NCBI GenBank assembly: GCA_046759645.1
Contig: JBHICO010000001.1
Location: forward strand, 5,109 to 69,108
Length of the DNA: 64,000 nt
Source of the DNA: Nitrososphaerales archaeon
GTDB lineage: Archaea > Thermoproteota > Nitrososphaeria > Nitrososphaerales > UBA213
Direction: 5' to 3'
Of this stretch, positions 58,477 through 64,000 are shown piece by piece (within the stretch, counting starts at the first letter, position 1; each line of letters begins with the position of its first letter). Under the pieces are notes generated by a model, which saw nothing but the letters and a program-made list of their open reading frames with translations, was not told where the DNA came from and ran no database searches. The position numbers were made by a program, and so were the translations under genes.

Positions 58477-58566
58477 AGCCTCGGGCGGGCTTCGATCCCG
58501 CGACTTAGCGCTTACGAGGCGCTCGCTCTTGGCAGTTTAGTTTCTACCAGGCTGAGCCACCGAGGC
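58477..58566 (-). tRNA. tRNA-Thr (anticodon CGU) with a predicted ~16-nt insertion/intron at the D-loop/D-stem junction (about position 21/22)
   Basis: Manual cloverleaf: acceptor GCCTCGG/CCGAGGC, D-stem GCTC...GAGC, anticodon stem AGCGC/GCGCT, loop CTCGTAA, T-stem GCGGG/CCCGC. There are 25 nt between the D-stem halves; removing GAAACTAAACTGCCAA (58529-58544) leaves the standard D-loop AGCCTGGTA. Confidence 0.7.
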
Positions 58567-58611
58567 ATCACCCAAGTTGTGTATAGTCAATAATAATAAA
58601 CGTTAGCGATT

Positions 58612-58869
58612 TCAAAGAAGTTTCAAAGCATCTTCCCTAGATAAAGCAACCAACGTTTCTGTTGATGCTACATCTCCAGCATCAATGAAGAGCTTTATCG
58701 CATCATTCTCGTTCTTACCTTCATAGACCCAGACAGCATCGTACCGTCCAAGTGTCCAATAAGTAGCAATAATCTTCACATCGGGGGGCAGGTTTTGCAT
58801 GATCTTTTTACCTACTTCGGCGACGTCACGTGCCTTCTTTTTGAACTTAACTAAGGTTATGAATATCAT
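58612..58869 (-). CDS. GYD domain protein
   Basis: TLGRYDAVWVYEGKNENDAIKLFIDAGDVASTETLVAL matches the GYD family. Confidence 0.85.
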   Translation of the reverse strand: MIFITLVKFKKKARDVAEVGKKIMQNLPPDVKIIATYWTLGRYDAVWVYEGKNENDAIKLFIDAGDVASTETLVALSREDALKLL

Positions 58870-58924
58870 AATTTTTTATAACACCATTAATTACTTAAAC
58901 TTATTCAAAATTAATAGTCACAAA

Positions 58925-59290
58925 ATGAACCCTCTCAAATTCACTCTGCATTATGCCGTTAAACTGGTTCATTCTAGAAGTTCTTTATTATCTTGTACAT
59001 TTATGGATGTAGGACGGGGATGGAAGAACAGTCCACATTATTTTGTGGTTAACTGCATCGATCGCAAGGTTATGAAATCAGGTTTTATGAATTTCAGTAA
59101 GACTCTGCAGTAACGCAGTGTAGTCGTTGAGGGCTTACAGAATTGGTATGCTGATCATGTTTTGATCTTTGGTGACGATGGGTCCACATAGAATGCAATT
59201 ACTTTGGCGAAAGAGAACGGATTTGGTGCTTATTTGAGAGCGGGTGAAGATTTTGAAGCGTTATCTAAGCCTGTGCAGCAGTATTACTAG
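58925..59290 (+). pseudogene. Possible decayed gene: one reading frame interrupted by TAA (59111) and TAG (59189)
   Basis: The same frame reads MNPLKF...FMNFSKTLQ*RSVVVEGLQNWYADHVLIFGDDGST*NAITLAKENGFGAYLRAGEDFEALSKPVQQYY*. Protein-like sequence continues across both stops. Confidence 0.3.
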
Positions 59291-59466
59291 CCAAAAAATC
59301 CTGTAACCCACTCATAAGCCGAATATCATAACAGGAACAAATGGTTTGGGGGAGGGGGAAGGTAAGAGTCATCTTGAACAAATATGTGAAAATAATGAAT
59401 ATTAACAAAATCTGAGTGAGGATGCATAACTTCAATATTTAATAATATGCGTTTGCAGATCGCATT

Positions 59467-60786
59467 GTGAAGATCTCGATTTCTGGTGTACGTGGAATAT
59501 TTGGTGATGACCTAATGCTTCATGACATACTAAAATTCTCTAGAGGTTTTTCTAAACTTTTAGACAGGGAATGCGTTCTTGCAAGAGACACAAGGGAGAC
59601 GAGTAAAATTATCTATCAAACTGCAGCAGGCGCCATTATGGAACAAGGTATTGATGTTTACAATTTGGATATAGCGCCTACACCATTTGCATTCAAGGAA
59701 GCAAGGAAGCATGATGCAGCATTAATCGTTACTGCCTCACATAATCCATTGGAATGGAATGGTTTGAAATTTGTTATCGATGGCAGGGGAATATTTGAAG
59801 AGGAGCTAGAAAAGATCATAAATGAAGCAACAAGAGAAATTAAAACTATAGGGAGAGAATACAAAATAAGTTCTAGTTATGGGAAGGAGATTGTTGACTT
59901 CGTCGGTAAAATAAATGGAAGACCCAAAATTGCGGTAGATACTACGGGAGGTGCCGCTAGCGGTTATGCTAGTGCTATTCTGTCAGAGATTGGATGTAAA
60001 GTAACGAGCATTAATGATGGATATGGTGTCTCTTCAAGAGCACCAGACCCAACTAGTGATGAATTAAATGAGATCCGTGAATTAGTTGTAAATTACAAAT
60101 GTGAAGTGGGATTTGCATTTGACCTTGACGGCGACAGACTTGTCTTGATAGATAAAAATGGTGTAAAATTACGAACAGATCTAACATTGCTCTTATGCGT
60201 AGCAAGAGCAATTGATATGCATATCAGAGATTTCGTTGTGAGCGTTGATACTAGCAAAGCTATTGAAGATTATGTGAGAGAAAAAAACTGTAAGATCCAT
60301 CGTACTAAAGTAGGCGAGGCAAATGTTGTCAAGCAGATGCTAGAGCACCGTATACAAGCAGGAGGAGAGGGAAGCAGTGGTGGTTTCATACTTAAGGACT
60401 TTAACATGTGCAGGGATGGCATACTAGCGTCTGCTTTCATAAGTAGTTTGGTTGGAAGTAAAACATATGATGAATGTCTAGCACTTGCGTCACAATACCA
60501 TTCAATCAGAGGGAAGATAGCAGTTGATTCATCACTGCATGATGAAATAATAGAAAATGTTAGCAAATTGGTGAGAAAGCAATCATCGGCTTTAGATTAC
60601 ATTGATGGTGTAACAGGTACTATTGATGATGATACCTGGGTTTTAATCAGAGGATCGAATACTGAACATTACATTAGGCTATCAGTAGAATCGAAGCAGG
60701 AGGAAAGAAGCAAGAGTTTGTATACCAAGTATGAGGACAAGGTGAGGGAAGAAAATGAAAAAGCTAAGCGAAAGACATGTAATTGA
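59467..60786 (+). CDS. glmM: Alpha-D-phosphohexomutase (phosphoglucosamine/phosphomannomutase family)
   Basis: Active-site TASHNPLEWNG, metal loop FAFDLDGDR, and GEGSSGG. GTG start. Confidence 0.9.
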   Translation: MKISISGVRGIFGDDLMLHDILKFSRGFSKLLDRECVLARDTRETSKIIYQTAAGAIMEQGIDVYNLDIAPTPFAFKEARKHDAALIVTASHNPLEWNGLKFVIDGRGIFEEELEKIINEATREIKTIGREYKISSSYGKEIVDFVGKINGRPKIAVDTTGGAASGYASAILSEIGCKVTSINDGYGVSSRAPDPTSDELNEIRELVVNYKCEVGFAFDLDGDRLVLIDKNGVKLRTDLTLLLCVARAIDMHIRDFVVSVDTSKAIEDYVREKNCKIHRTKVGEANVVKQMLEHRIQAGGEGSSGGFILKDFNMCRDGILASAFISSLVGSKTYDECLALASQYHSIRGKIAVDSSLHDEIIENVSKLVRKQSSALDYIDGVTGTIDDDTWVLIRGSNTEHYIRLSVESKQEERSKSLYTKYEDKVREENEKAKRKTCN

Positions 60787-61714
60787 TCAAATACAAAAAG
60801 CATTATCAATAAGAAAGAAAGGCAGGTTGTGGAATGATGATATTACTGTTTTTAATGTTGGAAGCAAGCTCATTGCCTTCAAGTGTGATATGTTTGTTAG
60901 AAGTACGGATGCTCCGAAACAAATGAGACTATGGCAGATGGCAAGGAAGAGTATAGTTTCTTGTACTAGCGATTTTGCGTGCAAAGGCATTAAACCACTG
61001 GCCTCATTGATATCTCTTGGCATACCAAAAAATTTTACACGTCATGATGTATCCGAGCTCGCAAGGGGCTTCACAGAAGCGGAGAGAGAATTTCATGTAA
61101 ACATACTTGGAGGCGATACCAACCATAGCAAAACTCTGGTCATAGATTGCTGTATGGTCGGTCTTGCTAGGAAAATAATAAAGCGTTCTGGTGCGAATAA
61201 TGGCGATCTTATAATAACATCTGGGCCGTTTGGATATTCATCTGCTGGACTAAGGATTCTGCAAAACAGAGCCAAGGCAAAACCATATTTCATCGAAAGA
61301 GCAAAAAATTCTGTGTTAATGCCCAAAGCAAGGCTCAGATTTGGTTTGCATCTGGCAAATTATGCAACATCTTCAATGGACTCTAGTGACGGTCTTGCAA
61401 TTACACTCTATGAAATAAGCGAACAAAGCAGGAAAAAGTTCATCATAGATTCATTACCAATTACTAATGGAGTCCGAGAATTCGCAAAAGCTAACGGATA
61501 CAATATCAATAAACTAGTCTTCGAGGGAGGGGAAGAATACGAAATTGTAGCTACCCTGCCGAAACATAATCTGAAGAAAGTACTGGCCTTGGCTAGACAG
61601 AGCAAGTGCAGAGTATTCGTAATTGGACATGTGGAGGCTGGAAGTGGCGTTTTTATTAAGCGAAACATAAGACTGGAAAGAATCAAAAAGCGTGGTTGGG
61701 ACCATCTGAGATAG
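60755..61714 (+). CDS. thiL: Thiamine-monophosphate kinase (AIR-synthase-related)
   Basis: DMFVRSTDAP, LGGDTN and SMDSSDGLA. Overlaps the upstream gene by 32 nt. Confidence 0.85.
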   Translation: MKKLSERHVIDQIQKALSIRKKGRLWNDDITVFNVGSKLIAFKCDMFVRSTDAPKQMRLWQMARKSIVSCTSDFACKGIKPLASLISLGIPKNFTRHDVSELARGFTEAEREFHVNILGGDTNHSKTLVIDCCMVGLARKIIKRSGANNGDLIITSGPFGYSSAGLRILQNRAKAKPYFIERAKNSVLMPKARLRFGLHLANYATSSMDSSDGLAITLYEISEQSRKKFIIDSLPITNGVREFAKANGYNINKLVFEGGEEYEIVATLPKHNLKKVLALARQSKCRVFVIGHVEAGSGVFIKRNIRLERIKKRGWDHLR

Positions 61715-61791
61715 AAAATCATTATGTTGCGAGTCTTCCTTAACGCTCCTAAATATAACTTACAAGATATATCATAACATTTTTTATACCC

Positions 61792-62214
61792 TTGAAAGAG
61801 GTTTTTTTGTTGTCGGAAGTACAAGATATCAAGGAAAAGTGGGGTATAGCGCATATATTCAGCAGTTACAACAATACCATAGTGCATATAACCGATCTTA
61901 GCGGTGCGGAGACTATTGGTATAAGTTCAGGTGGAAGACATGTTACCGCTGACAGATATGAATCTTCTCCATATGCTGCAATGAAATCTGCTGTTGTTGT
62001 AGCAGATGCGGCCAAAGGTAAAGGAATAACTTCCTTGCACATAAGAGTTAGAGCTGTTGGTGGTGTGGGGGCAAGAATTCCTGGACCGGGTGCACAAGCA
62101 GCAATAAGAGCACTTGCAAGAGCCGGATTCAAAATAGGAAGAATTGATGATGTTACACCAATTCCGCATGATACTACACGGAAGCCGGGCGGACGGAGGG
62201 GAAGAAGAGTTTAA
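61792..62214 (+). CDS. rps11: 30S ribosomal protein S11
   Basis: [27 protein letters not shown] and the C-terminal [21 protein letters not shown] start; a downstream TTG at 61810 is equally plausible. Confidence 0.92.
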   Translation: MKEVFLLSEVQDIKEKWGIAHIFSSYNNTIVHITDLSGAETIGISSGGRHVTADRYESSPYAAMKSAVVVADAAKGKGITSLHIRVRAVGGVGARIPGPGAQAAIRALARAGFKIGRIDDVTPIPHDTTRKPGGRRGRRV

Positions 62215-62216
62215 GA

Positions 62217-62582
62217 TTATTTTTTGTTCTTCAATCTATCTGCAAGTGATATTAGGCGGCCATGTTCCTCTACTCTAATTTTTGTATTCATCCTAATACG
62301 TAGCCCTATTGATCTAAATAGTGAAAGTAAAGCACCGCCAGAAATTGTTCCTTGCAGTTCACCGTTTTTGATAATCTCTACAAGTTTAGCAACAATTATT
62401 GCTGTTTCCTTTGGGTATTGAGACTCGGCTGCCACAAGAACTTCTATTCCTCTGTCAACTAGATGCTCTATAAACAGATCTCTATTGCTCTTAATTTTCG
62501 GTTTCTCGGGGTTTACTTTCTTTTTCAACTCTCTCAGTTTTCTGCCCTTGATTATCTCGAGTTCAGGGTCGTAGTCGCTCAT
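62217..62582 (-). CDS. PDCD5/TFAR19-like double-stranded-DNA-binding protein
   Basis: 121 aa with a charged N-terminal helix and a core resembling archaeal PDCD5 homologues. Its ATG overlaps the rtcB TGA (ATGA). Confidence 0.65.
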   Translation of the reverse strand: MSDYDPELEIIKGRKLRELKKKVNPEKPKIKSNRDLFIEHLVDRGIEVLVAAESQYPKETAIIVAKLVEIIKNGELQGTISGGALLSLFRSIGLRIRMNTKIRVEEHGRLISLADRLKNKK

Positions 62583-64000
62583 CCCTTTATCACTCCTAAA
62601 GGAACCAGCCTTGCCACTTTAGTAGCAATGCCAACGTTGTGTGAAACTTCCGCCACAGAATCAACATCTTTGTACGCTTCTGGTGTCTCTTCCACTACCC
62701 CCTGCTTAGTCAGCGCCTTGACGTATATTCCTCTTGACCTTAGTCTTTCTTGCACGCCTTGGGAGGTATAGCTTCTCTTTGCAGCCGATCGTGACATCAT
62801 TCTTCCTGCTCCGTGTGCAGTCGAACCAAATGTGAGCTCCATGGATTTGTAATTACCGCGTAGGATCCAACTTGCGGTTCCCATGGAACCGGGTAGGAGG
62901 ACTGGCTGTCCGAAATCCCTGTATTTTGAGGGTATCTCCTTTCTACCTGCTGGGAACGCTCTTGTCGCACCCTTTCTGTGAACAACAACATCCTTACCAG
63001 AACCATCCACTTTGTGATTTTCTACTTTAGCAATATTGTGTGCGACGTCATATACAAGACGCATGTCCAGGTAACTTTCACTCATATTGAAAACTTTCTC
63101 AAAGGTCTTTCGGGTCCAATGCGTGATCATCTGCCTGTTGCTCCAAGCAAAATTTAGTGCAGCATACATTGCCTTTCTGTACCACTCGCCCTCTTGGGAA
63201 TTGTTCGGAACGCAGGCAAGTTCCCTATCTGGTAGTTGCATATTATACTTTCGCAAGGTGCTTTCTGAGACACGCAGATAATCGCTACACACTTGGTGTC
63301 CGAAGCCCCTGGAACCACAATGTATCAGTATAGTAACTTGTCCTTCATGGTCTATACCGTACTTCTTTGCAGCTTCCACGTCGAATATTTTATCGACCTC
63401 TTGCACCTCCAGAAAGTGATTACCAGACCCTAAACTTCCGAGTTGGGGAGCCCCTCTCTTTCTGGCCATATTAGAGACTTTGCTTGGATCTGCGCCCTCA
63501 ATCCTTCCGTTTTCCTCGCATACGTCAGCATCTCCCTCAAAACCATAACCGTTTTTTATAGCCCAGTTTACTCCTTCTGTCAAAACGTTATCAAGGTCTG
63601 AAGTACTTAGTTTGAAGGCACCCTCACTACCAACACCCGATGGTACTGCACGAAAGAGTTCGTTAACCAGTTCTTTTAGCTTCTGTCCTACATCATCCTT
63701 GTTTAGATTGGTTCTGATCAACCTTACGCCACAGTTAATATCGTAGCCCACTCCACCCGGACTTATCACACCTTCGTTGACATCTGTAGCCGCAACACCA
63801 CCGACTGGAAAACCATAACCTTCATGACCATCAGGCAGAACAACGACGTGCTTCTCCACTCCTGGCAAGGTGGCTACATTCACAGCTTGATCAAGTGTTC
63901 TGTCAGTTACCATCTTGTTAAGAAGAGAATCGTCAGCATAGATTGTAACCGGAACACGCATCTTCCTATTGGGATCCACCTCTATCCTATATTCGACGTC
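62579..64000 (-). CDS. rtcB: RNA-splicing ligase RtcB (5' end probably beyond the window edge)
   Basis: GYDINCG, GSGNHF, HCGSRGFGHQ and AHGAGR. The frame stays open to the window end (…YRIEVDPNRKMRVPV), so the GTG at 63979 is probably not the true start. No intein is visible. Confidence 0.95.
   Translation of the reverse strand, partial: DVEYRIEVDPNRKMRVPVTIYADDSLLNKMVTDRTLDQAVNVATLPGVEKHVVVLPDGHEGYGFPVGGVAATDVNEGVISPGGVGYDINCGVRLIRTNLNKDDVGQKLKELVNELFRAVPSGVGSEGAFKLSTSDLDNVLTEGVNWAIKNGYGFEGDADVCEENGRIEGADPSKVSNMARKRGAPQLGSLGSGNHFLEVQEVDKIFDVEAAKKYGIDHEGQVTILIHCGSRGFGHQVCSDYLRVSESTLRKYNMQLPDRELACVPNNSQEGEWYRKAMYAALNFAWSNRQMITHWTRKTFEKVFNMSESYLDMRLVYDVAHNIAKVENHKVDGSGKDVVVHRKGATRAFPAGRKEIPSKYRDFGQPVLLPGSMGTASWILRGNYKSMELTFGSTAHGAGRMMSRSAAKRSYTSQGVQERLRSRGIYVKALTKQGVVEETPEAYKDVDSVAEVSHNVGIATKVARLVPLGVIKG

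Noticed and set aside
58799-59113. 104-aa ORF treated as an intact gene
   Set aside because: Its first ~40 codons overlap the GYD gene in antisense. Its frame also continues through two stops with protein-like sequence, so it is better explained as part of a decayed gene (58925-59290).
61408-61887. 159-aa minus-strand ORF
   Set aside because: It is antisense to the thiL 3' end and the rps11 5' end. It has no motifs.
1-64000. CRISPR arrays, cas genes, transposases, integrases, IS elements and rRNA genes
   Set aside because: I saw no regularly spaced direct repeats, and none of the ORF translations shows cas, transposase, integrase or recombinase motifs. Only short trivial repeats occur, for example (AATC)4 near 1570.

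Overview
This is a visibly AT-rich, densely packed archaeal chromosomal segment. GC content was not computed. The gene content points to a Nitrososphaerota (Thaumarchaeota)-like organism, but that assignment is inference: group II chaperonin, PriL/PriS primase, aIF2 alpha/gamma, Nop10, Gar1, TFB, S6e/S8e/S11, SRP19, RtcB, an early-cobalt-insertion cobalamin cluster, siroheme-type haem genes, and tRNAs with non-canonical introns. Most of the window is housekeeping. It holds translation, replication and information-processing genes and two cofactor clusters: cobalamin at 43.6-48.0 kb and tetrapyrrole/haem at 51.3-57.5 kb. It also holds a MacB-type ABC exporter operon and scattered small hypothetical, membrane and zinc-ribbon genes. 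I saw no CRISPR array, cas genes, transposase, integrase or rRNA. Many starts in the ORF track are TTG or GTG, and I moved several to internal ATGs where a conserved N-terminus made that likely. Three protein genes below the 60-aa ORF-track cutoff were found by reading the gaps: a clear Nop10, a 58-aa zinc ribbon and a 42-aa Cys-rich ORF; a speculative 45-aa coiled-coil ORF (20622-20759) was also noted. I did not find a convincing multi-gene novel system such as a defence island. The items most worth a second look are listed here. (1) An AglB/STT3 oligosaccharyltransferase is fused in-frame to a C-terminal cyclophilin. (2) tRNA-Gly(CCC) and tRNA-Thr(CGU) each carry a predicted intron at a non-canonical position, in the T-arm and D-arm respectively. 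(3) An orphan Csa3-like CARF-wHTH regulator is flanked by a MEDS-like sensor protein and a small nuclease-like ORF. (4) A DPS-like ferritin sits in tandem with a Rieske protein. (5) The haem cluster mixes AhbAB, SirC, HemA and HemB with a chlorite-dismutase-like protein. All family calls rest on motif recognition by eye. No database search or RNA folding was run.
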